Source: Selaginella moellendorffii (Eukaryota; Plantae; Lycopodiophyta). Taken from it: a stretch of 64,000 bases of DNA. The stretch lies in the NCBI RefSeq assembly GCF_000143415.4, contig NW_003314262.1, positions 1,043,960-1,107,959 of the forward strand, read 5' to 3'. Shown here one piece after another: positions 36,726 through 49,800 of this stretch. A program made the translations under genes and the position numbers. The notes below the pieces were generated by a model. The model saw nothing but the letters and a program-made list of their open reading frames with translations, did no database searches and was not told the origin of the DNA. The stretch's first letter is position 1, and each line of letters opens with the position of its first letter.

Positions 36726-38671
36726 TGTTCATCCCATGTCCAAATTTGCATTCTAGCACCATTCCATATTTAGTAAGTTTCGAGCTTTTCCCAGAGACTA
36801 ACTTCTGATACTAAAGGAGGCTTGGGGTAAAAGCCCAAAGTGTGTGTTCCTCAAGGGGGGGGGGGGGGGGTTCCAAATATATAGTAGGGATAGTGGGTAG
36901 GTTGGGCATGGCTGACCAACCTAAGGCATAGTCTAGCTCCCGCTTGCGTGCCTATCCTTGTTCTACATCTGGCCTGGGTCTAAGCCCAGACTCCATTCCA
37001 TACTAGCTGGTGGAGTACCCATATCCTTGCGTTAGGCCACCGATATGCTGAAATAGCACCAAACTCCGTTTGACTCCGTTTTGCTTGTTGTCCTGGCATT
37101 GGGATGTTGGTTGCTCTAGGACTGTTCCAAGTCGCTCCGAGCTCTTGTCCCTTTGCTCATAAGATCCATACTGAGTCTTAAAGGCTATCTTCTCCACATC
37201 CTAATCTACCACCCATATCTGATGATACCTGGATCACAAATCAAGTTGCATAAAATACTTAGCCTTTACGAGTTGGTCAAACAAATCATTAATGTGAGGC
37301 AAAGGATAATTGTTTTTGACCATGACCTTGTTGAGTGCCCAATAGTCAATACACATTCTCATGATTCCATCCTTTTTCATAACAAAAAGGACCAATGCTC
37401 TATAAGGTGACTTGGTCGGATATGACCTTTGTCAAGAAGCTCCGTGAGTTGCTTCTTGAGTTCAACCATTTCCTTGATGCTCAAATGATACGGAGCTTTT
37501 GTTGGTGGTTTAGAACCTAGAATGACCTCAATCCGATGATCAACCTCACGGCTAGGAGGTAGCTCTTGTGCCAAATCCCTCGGAAAGATATCTTGATTCC
37601 GCACCAACAACTCCAATATCTTCTTTGATATAGGATCAACCCCATTGCCAATTTGAACTGAGTCACCAACACCCTCAGCTTCCATCACTTGAACCCAAAA
37701 GGTCTAACATCCCTTCTTAGTTACTTTTTTGAGCGGCTCTCGCAGTTAGGAATTTAGCATCCCAATCTTTTGAGGAGCACTTTTGCAACTGGAAGGTCAC
37801 ATCGGGATGTCTTTCTGACTTCAATGTGATATGACTTTGTCCAGCACCATAAAATTCCTTTAATATATTTGTTGAAGAAATCCATACCAAACATCATCTG
37901 AAAATCTGGTATCTTCAACACTACCAAGTCCACTTTTTTTATCCATGTTGATATTTTTTTTGGAACATCACTCACAAATTTTTTGGCTACTTGCCCACCT
38001 TCCACAAACCGGAAGTGCATGGGTGACATCTGCTCAGCATTCAATCCTATCAACTTAACTAAGTCTTCGGATATCACGCTGTGTATAGCTCCTATGTTTA
38101 TCATCACTTGGATTTAGTGTTCGTGGACAAAGCCTACCAGATACATTATTGGATCAGTGTTTGCATTGACTGTGAGAAAAGCAACAAAAGTAACTCACCT
38201 CCTCTTCCTCATAGTTTGCATTGACCAACTCGTCAACCCCTTCAACTTCACCACCACTATCTTTCCTCATGACATTAACACAAGACTGTGTCTTATGCTT
38301 GTTGGGACATTCCGAGGACCTATGTCTTGACTCTCCACAATGGAAGCAATGACCCACACTACCTGTTCCGCTAGGAGCAGGTTTTGCAAGTTGTTGCTAC
38401 TTGTACCTACTAGGAGGAGGAATAGAAGGCCTAGGATTAGAAGAAATTGTGGGTGGGCTCCAACCACCACCACCTTTGTTAATTGTTGCTTGTGAGGAGC
38501 CCGGGTAGGTTTTGAGCTCATGAGCTCACGGCTTCTCAAACATAAGAAAAACATTGGTTCGTCCCGAACCAACATCTTTCCATTTTTCAAATTTTGATTT
38601 AATCTATATTTCCAAGTAAATTCGACCAATAAAATACAAATATAAATATAGATCTGAACACTAAAAGCAAT

Positions 38672-41600
38672 CTAAAAACACTTCTCAAGCTCCGCAATTG
38701 TAAAGCTTGCCTGGTGGATGTGATAGTCGATCTTAGGATCTTGGTTTAGTTCCTGCATAAAAATGTAATAAATGTGCTTGCAGGCTAAATATACCTTTCC
38801 CTTGTTCTCCTGCTGTGTAAAATCTGGACAGGTACAGGATGGATTTTCGCAGATTTTAATAGTGTAGCTCGTACCCTTTGATGACTCAGTCACAATAATA
38901 AACTCTTTAGCCATAGCACTGATATAGTTTGTCTTTGTGATTGTGCACTTTAGCTCTTTTGCCAACTTGATCTTCTCTTGTGCACCTTTTGAAATGGAAG
39001 ACCTATATTGTACAGCCTTCCCATTCCTATCTGGTCGTGTATGCCGGTCTAGTGTTGATATTGGTGGCATAGTAGTACTCACAGCAACATTTGAGGAAGT
39101 CTTTAGCTTGAAACCTGCTCTCTCCAGACTTTCAATCTCTTCTTTCAAAAGATTGCAGCTTCGCTCAACTGGCCACTCCTCTGGCACAGAATTTGGCTTC
39201 AAAATAATTGAGCTGTGGATCCAGCTTGTATGAGTAACATCAGTCCCACAACAGTAAATCCAGCTTGACTGGCGGCCCTTCACTCCTAGATCTTGACAGC
39301 CCTAGAAACATGGCACTGCTGAAGAACTTGAACCTGAGCGCACAAAAGCGAGACACTGACCTCAACTCCCAATCATTCCAGAGTAACGTGCATTGCTCTT
39401 GGCACTGACTCTTCGAATTGCCCAGTTGATATGAGAAATTGGCTCACGAGAAATAACCTTTTCAACCTTTGGCACTGGACTTACTTGTATAACAACTGGC
39501 ACCTCCTCCACCCCATGTTCCTTAGTTCTTTTTCGGTGTCGTGGAATAGAATGGTAGTCAAACTTTGGACGGTGAGAGCTAGAAGGAGTGATGTTTGACC
39601 CATCAAATGTCTGTCGACACTTCATACGGGCTGTTCTCATGTCCCCAAGTGGTTCATAACTTGATTTCATAGGAGTTCTAGCAACAACTTCCTCCACTAT
39701 CTTAGACATTGACCCTGCTGCTGGTGTTGTCCTTCTACCAACCCGCTCTTGAAGCCTATCTAAGTTTGGACCTGTACTAGCAAACCTTGCTTCCTGTGTA
39801 GCCAAAGCTTTTGATGACTGCTCAAGAGATCTAGTGAGGTCGGAGAGTGTAGCTTCATAGAGGGACACTTTTCCTTTCCCTGCTTCGGAAGCTCTCCAAC
39901 TCTAATGTTTGCTCTCAGAGAGATTAATTGTTGGTGTAAGTGCAATATCATCAAGTGGTTGATCCTACAAAAAATGCAACATTTGAATGTGACAAGAAAG
40001 AAAATGAGAGAAAGCTTACATGGAGAGTATAATGACCCCATTGAAACATTCGAACTTCCCACCATGCAAGCCAGCATTCCATTTGTGGAAGGTTTTTAAT
40101 TGGCACTTTGTCTCTTTCATGCCACCATATGCGCATTTCATTTGCCTTTGCCTCGTGCTCCTCTTTAGTTGGTGCATCCATCCATTCCCGACAAAGCTGC
40201 TTGAATTTGTGATGGAAGGTAAACTTGATGCATCGGCAATGTTCATTGACGCTCTTTGCCCAATGAAACTCACAACTCTTCTCTCTACCTTGTAATAGCT
40301 GACTTTTATCACCTCCAAATACTTGTCGTACAGCCAACCAGTTAGCACCAGCTGCATCTGCCATGAAAACACGGAAGTTGGGTTTCTTCCCGGTTTGCTG
40401 TTCAACAATCTCTGACATACATGTCCAAAAGACGGTTTGTGCTTGAAAATCTTGAACCTTGAATTCGGCTATAGCTATAGTCAAATTGCACTGCAACCTA
40501 TAAAAGGAATGGTTATAATGTAAATCGGTATGGATCCTTAAAAAATGAAAAACCACTTGTGATCATAAACATGAGCTCCCATTGTTGACCAGCCTAAAAC
40601 TCGTTCCATATGGTCAAAATGGATCCAGGAATTAACCAAATCCCCATCTCCATCCATATCCATTCGTTGTACAAAGTCCACACCCGAAGCAGGACCAAGG
40701 GTAGACATCTTAAAGATGAAAGGGTGTTGATTGTTCGAAGTCACTTGTCCAACGAATAAGCTCCCATGAATAAACTCATAAGAACATTTTCTCTTTAGCT
40801 CCAAAATCCCATCCAATCCAGATTGAAGCTTTCCATCTCGCCCTTCTCGCATCCAGTTCTTTATTCTACCAAAAAAAAGAGTGTTATTAGTGATAAAGTA
40901 GAGTTAAGTGTTAATTTTATACCTGTTTAAATTTGTCATGGGTTTTATATTTTGAAGTAGGTCCTTCAAGCTATTTTCCATGAATTCTTTTTTGCCATCA
41001 GATTATAGCAACATGTCCACCACATAGTCCTTTAGTACAGACTGTTGAACACACTTTGGAGTTGCTGCACTTTTCTTCCTAGCCTCTATAGTAACAGTAG
41101 TCTTCAAATTGCGAAAAGAATCACGGCGGATTCCTTCCTCGATTGCATGTTGGTGGTATCCAACATGCACTGCTGCTCTGCCTAAACATCCATCTCGTGG
41201 AAGAAAATAATACATTTTCGCATCGCAACATGCTTGACACACAGGTGTTGCCCCGCATTTGCAACATCTAAATCCTGTAGCAACTTCATCACGCCTAGGG
41301 GGATTGATTGTTGAGCCTTCAAAGAAACACATATTCTTGCCATGATCAGAAATGCATTTCTCAACGACACACTAAAGCTGTCCACCACAATGGACTATGG
41401 ACACAGATCCATTGAAATGAGAGAAGTGGGTCGTCTTTACTTTGCACCAATTATGTGGATCAAGACGCGTCTCCATACCCCTTTTCCTACTTGACAAACT
41501 TGCTGGTGGAAACTTGAAGAATATATTCCCATTATAGGAAGAAGGAAGCTCCTCACCTCTCATGTACTGGAACTCTTTCAATTCCAACCGTAATGATCGA

Positions 41601-42052
41601 GATTGCCAAAATGCCTTATCCACCACTTCAAAAACTGGTCCAGAAGGAACACACCTACTTGTCTGGGAAGCTATGTCGGGAAGCTCATCTTCTTCATTTT
41701 CGTCACTGGAGAGAATAACAACTTCATCCTTCACTCCTTGCACAGTTGGCTGTGAAACTGATACGCTCTCCTCTCCTCGCTTCGGAGATCCTATAACTAG
41801 AATCTCTTGACCTGTACATCTATCAAGATCCCATTGAATCCCATTCTCTCCCACACCACTATCGAGAAGAATGGATTTTTCTATTTGATTACCCTTATCA
41901 CGACATACATTCTCCAAACTAACTGATCCTGGCTTTAGCTTGAATCTTTTGCAGAGGAAGTTCTCTCCTATAACACTCTTAGAGAAAACAATTGAAGGCT
42001 CTTGATCAAACTTCAAACAGAATTCTCTCATATCTTCTCCTTGCTCGAGCAC
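38672..42052 (-). pseudogene. MULE-type DDE transposase with an N-terminal Cys/His (WRKY/GCM1-like) finger and a C-terminal SWIM finger, multi-exon
   Basis: D1 WIHFDH (40613), D2 FMADAAGANWLAVRQVFG (40356), CEFH (CxxH, about 40265), E in TINLSESKH (39914), SWIM CTCPDF...CKH. GT-AG introns near 40922-40866, 40553-40498, 40018-39966 and 39361-39302. Premature TAG at 39902-39904. Confidence 0.85.
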
Positions 42053-42515
42053 TTAGAAAAAATTTTGGGGAGAAACTGACAAGAAAGAACAAAGATATTC
42101 TTCTGTATTGTGAGCATTAATTAGCTATGTCCTTGCAAAGGACAAGTTAATTATTTTAACAAAATATACAATCATTTAGAATCTAGAGAGATATGAGAAT
42201 CTTAAAGAGCCACCCATATTAATTGTATAATTGATTGTGAGAGGAATAATATTGTTGAAATGAATGTGGTTATGAGTGAGAAGCACCAGTCAATCACAAA
42301 AGTTGTAGCATTCATTGTTTGTTCTCCCTTTCATCTCCATGCTCTCTTCCCTTCAAGAGAGTTTCATTCTTTTGTGACGAGTGAGAGAGACTCAAGCTCG
42401 GAAAGGTTGGTTCGTGCACGGTTTTTTCGTCGTGATAGCTTGATATAGTGATAATGACATTGTTGAAGTTCAACAACTAAACCTAGGAGTCAGCACTCAG
42501 GAAACCATTCAGGAG

Positions 42516-43956
42516 ATGCCAAATCCAAATACCGTTGAACCAGAGGAAACTGTACAGGAAATTCCAGCACAAGAGATTCCAGTACCTGCTCCTCGCAACC
42601 CCCGAAGGGGCCGTCATGATGCCTTTCATGAGAGTAAGGACTTTGATTTGGAACATTCTTTTATTCATTCTTGACTTCACTTTTTTTTTTATAGATGTTG
42701 CAAAGAGTAGCCATCAGTCTTTTTGGCGGACTAAGACATTCTTCCCATCCCTCCCTACGGCTACACATGATGACCTAGAAGAGCTCTCCTCTGCAGCGAT
42801 GCATAAACAGGTTAGTAAGCATGAATTTTATCTTCAAGTTCTAATAGTTGATTTTCAGGTTCGCCCTCTATACCCAACGGCCAGTGTTGGGGAAGTTGCT
42901 GTTCTCATTGGGGATTACACACGGCTTTTAGATGCTACTAGTCGGGAGCTTTACATGCTTGATCGGTGGATCCATGGTTTGGGTCAGCTCACACCTTATG
43001 GGAAGATCGATTTCATCTTTTTCGATCTTCCCGATGGGATGCCACCACCGCAGGGGGATACTCTGTCATGGAATGTGTTGCAAGCCCAACACATTTCCCA
43101 AGCCTCAAAGGTTGTGAGCAGCTTCATGACATACGAGGGTGTGGTTGTCATGATCCTTCCTCGCTCTCTAATGTGGGAAGGCCTTCTCGCACACTTGGCT
43201 GACAACGATGATGGATTTGTTGAGTTTTCATCTGGCTGCCTTCTTTCGAGTATGGCGGTGGACACAAAAGGCACTAGCAGGCAGACGCGAAAGGTGTGTG
43301 ACTTCTTTATTTATAAATTAACTCTATTCTATTTTTTTTTTCCAGATTTATTCCTGGAACTACCATGCTCTATGCCACATTGGGAACCGGCGTAATGCCA
43401 CACGAGCTGATGAGCGTGCTGCTCTTGCTTTACCAAGATATGACAGCTCTACAGACATCATCCCAAATGTGATTGACTTGGACGTTCTTCACCAGCGTTC
43501 CCTGGTTATCGACATTGCTCAGTCACGGCCATGCAAATCTTGTTGGAGTTATTCTGTCCACCAAAGGCGATTGTGCTTGATGCTACAGCAAGATTTGGAT
43601 CAATGGTGTAGGCAGCAAAAGAGACAAGCCGAGCGGTTTTTGCACTTGAGAAGGAAGGTGCCTTTGAGGACATTCTTAGGAGATTTTGCGACAGGTGATG
43701 TTAGTGCTTGAAATAATCTATAATATTTATTCTCAAATGTTTCTATTTTATTAGGTCTACACTTATCACACACAGTGTTTCAGTCCACATGCTTGATCTT
43801 GATGATATGGATGATCATATGGACCAAAGTCAATTCCACTTACCTATTTATGCTAAACGTATGGCACAACATTACATACAACACTAGCCTATAGTGAAGG
43901 AGCATTCCACTATACCCATTTCTACTTTTCTGGATATGGAAGTAGAAGAAGATTGA
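42516..43956 (+). pseudogene. Beta-class N4-cytosine/N6-adenine DNA methyltransferase-like gene, about 5 exons
   Basis: VLIGDY (42901-42918), KIDFIFFDLPDG...SWN (motif IV-like, 43024-43035), VVSSFMTYEGVVVMI, then MQILLELFCPPKAIVLDATARFGSMV*AAKETSRAVFALE (motifs X, I and II, 43531-43650). Introns at about 42634-42694, 42811-42858, 43294-43345 and 43695-43754. A frameshift at about 43470-43500 and TAGs at 43609 and 43885 disable this copy. Confidence 0.75.
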
Positions 43957-45307
43957 ATATATTCTGATTTTAATATAAATTATATTGTTTAATATATTAT
44001 TTTCTTTTTTTGTAGACTAAAAGATTAGTTCATGTCGAACCAATAATCTACATGAGCTTATGGAATACCTTAAACACCTAGATTTTATGTTAAAATTCTT
44101 GGTTCGGGACGAACTAAGGTAGTGCCATTAAACTTTCGCTAGTTAGGGGATTGTATTGACTTCCTTTGACTTTTGTTGACTTTCATTGACTTGAGCTCAG
44201 CTCAAAAACTACCCAACCCCCTTGTGAGCCTTCAGAGTAGAACCTTCCTTCTACCGATTGTTTCTAGTCACCTTGTTTATTCCTAGAATTCTTATTTTTG
44301 TCCAAGGTATTAGTATACAGCTACTGATATTGCTCCATGAGTGAATGACTAAAGGCAACTTGCTGTGTTGCCTCTTTACACTCTAGGTATGTCTTTGGCT
44401 TAAACTTCAAAATCTCATTACGAGAAAGTGAACTTAAATCTTCTAGGGAATAACTTCGAGCATTTTTGTCACTCATATTTGCAATCATAATGTGCTTCTA
44501 AGCAAACGTATTAACGTAATGCATGAGGTCCCCTCACTACTTTAACTGCCGCAGCTCCACGTGAAGTCTCAAACCAAGATCACCCAACAACTATTCCTTA
44601 TGGATACAAGATTGCATCTTGGTCCAACTTTTAGTCTGCCCTTTTTCAACACACACCTGGCAGCACCAAGTTTTGGCATGATCGGTGAGAAAGGATTGCA
44701 CCACAACTTTCATACGATCATCTACCTCTGCTGCTATGAAATAGTTTTCCATATTGTAGACCTAGTCTTCCAAAACCTAATAGCCCTGCATGCCTTTGAA
44801 ATTGGGTGGTTTTTGAGGCTTGAACTTTGAAACTCGTGCAACCAGAAGTAGTTGCAGAACTTCATTGTCCTCAGAACTTGAAGAGGAGTCCAATTGCCTA
44901 GGTTTAGCTAGTTTAGCTGCCTTAGCTTCTTTCTTTCTCTTCTTATCTCCTTTAATTTGTGAACTTCCCTTCACAAATTCTCGATCTTGATTTCCTATGC
45001 CATAGTCTGTAGTGCTGTAGCATCTAGATCTTCCTCTTTTTACTCGGCCTCAACCCCTTCCACAGCATCTCTAGTAGGAGTTTCTTCCTATCAATTCACT
45101 TGTTTAGAGGTTTTAGTATTATAAGCATAGTTCCTTTTCACTATCCTGCTAGCTACATACATGCCTCTATCAATAACTGAACATGCATACAATGTTCTTA
45201 CTGAATGGTGCAATCCAACTAATTCTACATAGGTCGCTTCAGATCTACTAGAAAAGTCTCTACATATGCAACTTGAGTCAAAAAATCTGACAAAAATTGG
45301 ATAGGAA

Positions 45308-46450
45308 TGTAAGCCACAAATTTTTACTTTCCAATTTACCAGCTTACCTCGTCTATCCGACCAACACTGCCTTGGCTTTTGCTAAGTTCCCTCGCCAAGG
45401 TTCCCGGCTATTGTACCAGCTCCTACTTGGTCCTACTTGGTTTCAGTTACTCACTGCACGAGCAACAGAGCATTAGCCATCCATCCACGGATTCCCAAAT
45501 CTCTCCCAATCCCCCTCCCCGGGTTAGACTGGACTTAAGGTTCGGCTACACTCCCCGCAGGCACAAACAGCCAAGCACACCAAGCCTCCAGGTTCCTAAC
45601 ACCCCTTGGTACAACAAGACTTGATCATGGGACCCTCCAAATCCCAAGCCTTGGGTGCAACACTTGCTTTGGGACGTTGGGGTGAAACACTATGGCCTAA
45701 CGGCCCGGTATGGGTACCTCTACCTCCCACTTCCATCCTAAAGGGAAGGCCCAAGCCCCTAAGAAGGGCGAGGACCAATGAGCCACAAGGTACTCAAGTG
45801 GGGCACCACTCCACATGAGTCAGGAGCACCGCAGTCGGTTTCCCTTTTGGGAGTGGGAGCTGCTCTTGAGTACTTCCTTGGGTGGACCCTTTGGCACCAC
45901 CCAAGCCCATGCTCACTCCCACCCAAGGCCCCTCGGCCCCAGCTTCAACCTCAAGTCAGTTTGGAAGCACCTCTAGAGAGTTCCTTCAAGACTGGTTCCT
46001 GGACCTCACTATCCCTACTATACTTTTGGAACCCCCTGCAGCCCCCCCCCCTGGGAGACGCACGCTTTGGGCTTTCACCCCTTGACCCGTATTAGTATTT
46101 GGACTTAGTCTAGAATTTGATCTCGGACTCGATTTCGGACCCGACTTCGGACTTGGTCTCGGACTCGATCTCGGACTCGATCTCGGACTCGACTTCGGAC
46201 TCGATCTCAGACTTGGTCTCGGACCTGATTTGGATTTTGGACTCTGTCTCGAACTCGGTCTTGAACTCGGTCTCGATCCCGGTCTCCGATTCGGTCTCGG
46301 CTCGATCCCGGACTCTATCTCAAACTTGGTCTCAGAGTCGGTCTTGGACTCGATCTTCAACTCAGTCCCATCCGATGAACTCTTTGTCATTTCGGTCATG
46401 CTTTCGGGGATCCTTTAGCCTACGACATCTCGGGGAGTCAGTTCCTTACA
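45308..46450 (-). mobile_element. Solo LTR of family A
   Basis: Reverse complement of 26436-27585, perfect TSD AGGAA (45303-45307 / 46451-46455). Confidence 0.95.
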
Positions 46451-46852
46451 AGGAATCGTTGAGACAATTTCTTATAAGCGACTAATTTTTTCCATTCTAC
46501 TTTAGTCACTTAACCACACCTTCAACAACTTGGAGGAGTCTCACTCACAACCTCCATAAGTCCTATTCTGGACTTAGGGACTTGCTAGCCCCGAGAATGG
46601 CATCCTTGCCACTCATCCAGTGCACTTGGTCCAAGTGCTCCACGTGTCCGGTCTCGTGACCAACACCCCAAGGTACCACTAACATATCATCCTAATATGC
46701 TAAGGCCATGCCCTTTCACCTTGGTCACACCGGTGGTCTAACACCACCTGCATCACAGTCCCGTCTCTCAAAGACTGAGCCATCCATCCATGAGTGATCA
46801 TCCCAGATCCACTCCTTAGCATCCTTAAGATGCCTACAGACATGAGGAATAA

Positions 46853-49800
46853 CTCGGACTCCATCTTGGACTCCATCTCGGGTCCATCTCGGACTCCATC
46901 TCGGGTCCATCTCGGACTCCATTTCGGGTCCATCTCGGACTCCATCTCGCACTCCATTTCGGGTCCATCTTGGGTCCACCTCGGACTCCATCTCGGGTCC
47001 ATCTCGGACTCCATTTCGGACTCCAACTCGGGTCCATCTCGGACTCCACTTCGGACTCCAACTCGGGTCCATCTCGGACTCCACTTTGGACTCCAACTCG
47101 AGTCCATCTCGGACTCCACTTCGGACTCCAACTTGAGTCCATCTCGGACACTTCCACGTGTCATGTGTTGGTCCTTTTGGGTCCCTTTTTGGAGCCTCGC
47201 TTTTTGCTCGCTTCGTGCTCGTTCCTCGAGCACTTCTTTGGGAGTTCCACTCCCGCTCTTGACTTTTCAAGTCGGAGTTTTTGGTCCAAACGTGTTATGC
47301 TCGTTTGGCTCTCGCTTCAGCCACTACCACATGGCACCCTTTCCAGCTCCACTTTGGGGCCTAGGGATTTTGTGTCTCACAACTCCACCACCCATAGATG
47401 AAGTTCGATGTCCTCATCGAACGGTAAACCATTTTGTAAAGTAACACTCGCATGTGTTACCATTTCCATCCTTGGCACCTAGCTAATATTTGTCAATGGT
47501 TTGACATTGAAGGCTCACCATGCCTTTTGCATATGCCTCAATGGTTTGACACCAAAGGCTCACCATGCCTTGCCTATCCTCTAAGGAGGGTAGTCTCTCC
47601 AACTTAGAGACTGATTGGACCACATGTAGTGGTTCTCTCCTTTTATTGGTTTAGTTCTCGCTAAACCTCTTAGAGACCTCTTAGAGACCCTTCTCTAAGT
47701 CAATCGCACTACTCCTTCTCGAGTAGTCTCAATTTCCATCTATTGAATGTTTGCATCTTGGAACTTTTACTCTTTTGACTTTTGGAAGTCAATTTCCTAG
47801 GTGTCTCCAACACCTTGCATTGCACAGATTGTGCAACTCCACTTCCCTATCCTAGGAAGTTCATTACTTGAGGGCACCATCATCCTCTCTTCTATTTCGT
47901 GCCACCTTGGGCACTAAGTTCCATTTATCACACTTTGTGTTAGGGTTGTCCATCGCCCTATCATTTGGCTACCTTACCGCTCCCTCCCTTGGAGCTTCCA
48001 CTTTTTGCCAAATCGGAGCAATTCGGAATCCATCCTTGGAAACACACTTCCTTTCCCGCAATTTGTTAGCGTCCAACACATTAGTGTTCCTCGCCTAACT
48101 TTGTCACTTGGATTCCTTCCAAGGAATTCCACGGCCCTATCTTGGCCACTCATTTTTTGCTCCTATCCATTGATTGTTGCACCAAGCAACATCGAATCTC
48201 TACTTCCCTCCTTGAGGTGTTCTTTTGATTCCATAGCAAAGGCTCTGCTTTGCCAAGACTAGGGTGTTCACCCTTAGTAAGTCTCTTTTAGCATCTTCTG
48301 TTGTGGGCTCTATCCTCGGCCCAACTTTGTGACCCTCTCATGGGTCTCTTTAGAGACTACTTTCCTTGGACACACTATGCTATCGCAATGACATAGCTCA
48401 TTTCCCTANNNNNNNNNNNNNNNNNNNNNNNNNNNNNNNNNNNNNNNNNNNNNNNNNNNNNNNNNNNNNNNNNNNNNNNNNNNNNNNNNNNNNNNNNNNN
48501 NNNNNNNNTTCAAATCAACACTTTGAACTAGGAACCTTATTCCTTAACCCAAACAAGGACCTTGTCCTTATTTAGCCACAAGATCACCTAGTGATCTCAC
48601 CTCAGCACCTTAACAGGTTTGCCAATAGGTACTAGGTCTTCCAGACCTTTAATTTGTTACCTATGACCCCGGGTGCATCCCCCACACTTGGCGGTACGCC
48701 CAAGCCAGCCCTTTCGGCCAAGGGTCCATAGCAACTGAGATTAGGTGTCCCCGTCTCACTCACCACGTCCTTGGTGCCACTTGCACCAAAGCGTTCAAGT
48801 TAGATATGCCGAGCTTTCACTCTAAGCAATCTAACCGTGCATCACGACTCCGAGGCATCCCTCGCTTGGCAGTGTGCCCAAACCAGTCTCCCCACTGAGA
48901 GTCCATGACCACCGAAATATGAGTGTCCTCATATTCCAAACCATCACCACGCCCTAGTGATTTGGGACTCGAACCCAAGCACTAGAGGGTCGGGACTCAA
49001 ACCCAACCTCCGTATATGCATCTACGGATGGCATCACACAAGATGCCTGGCGTGACTCCCCATGCCGGTGCACCAACTTATTTTTAAAGCGCGCTACAGA
49101 TCACAACTTAGGAACTTAGTTCCCCCGCACTGCCAAGTCCTCTCACTTGACAAGTTCGTGATCATGCATGGACTCCTCCATGCTTGGCCCCATGGCCCAC
49201 CCTTTTTGAAGTTATCACCTTCAACTAGGGTATTTGTTCCCCTGACTTGCCAATCACGCTTGACAAATCCTCTGACCATTGTAACATGGTTCTTGCACAA
49301 GTGTGAAAGTCCTTAACCATCAACTTTCGTTCAAAGCCCTCTCTTTGAACACTCGGGAACTACTTCCCTAACTTTGATAGCCTTGCCTTATGGCAAGCTT
49401 CAAGACCACGCTTCTGCTGCGCCACTCTGATTTCGTGCGTTCCATGAACCATTTACTCTTGGCCTTTCTAGGTACTAAGCTACCTAGAATCGTCTTTGGG
49501 AACCTTGAAGGAACTCTGTCCCTCAGCTTGCTACGGCCTCCCTTTTTGCAAGCCTTCCAAATGCCACATAGTCTAACATGGACAATTCCATATTTTAGAC
49601 TCTCCATGGCATCACGGTTGCTAGCGGCAACACCCTCGAGCCCCCACTTGATTCTCCACTCCCAGTTGGCATAACCAACCTTGGTTATGCCCTTTGATTC
49701 CTACGGTTTGGTTCTATCCCCTTACTTCTTGCTTTTTGGCTTCACACCTTTCCTTTGGTCATTCTCCTTCAGACCAGGAGGATAGCTTCGCACTTTTTAT

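Larger units (their letters stand above)
38497..44220. mobile_element. Mutator-like (MULE) DNA transposon with two divergent genes: transposase and DNA amino-methyltransferase-like cargo
   Basis: 8-bp TSD CTTGTGAG (38489-38496 / 44221-44228). Imperfect TIRs of about 30 bp: GAGCCCGGGTAGGTTTTGAGCTCATGAGCTCA versus the reverse complement of the right end, GGGGTTGGGTAGTTTTTGAGCTGAGCTCA. A subterminal inverted palindrome pair lies at 38554-38572 / 44099-44117. The element interrupts a Gypsy gag. Confidence 0.9.

Noticed and set aside
38497-44220. Zisupton/KDZ or hAT classification (8-bp TSD, SWIM finger)
   Set aside because: The D...FMAD...CxxH...TxNxSE catalytic pattern and G-rich TIR ends fit the Mutator superfamily better. 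Profile searches should confirm this.
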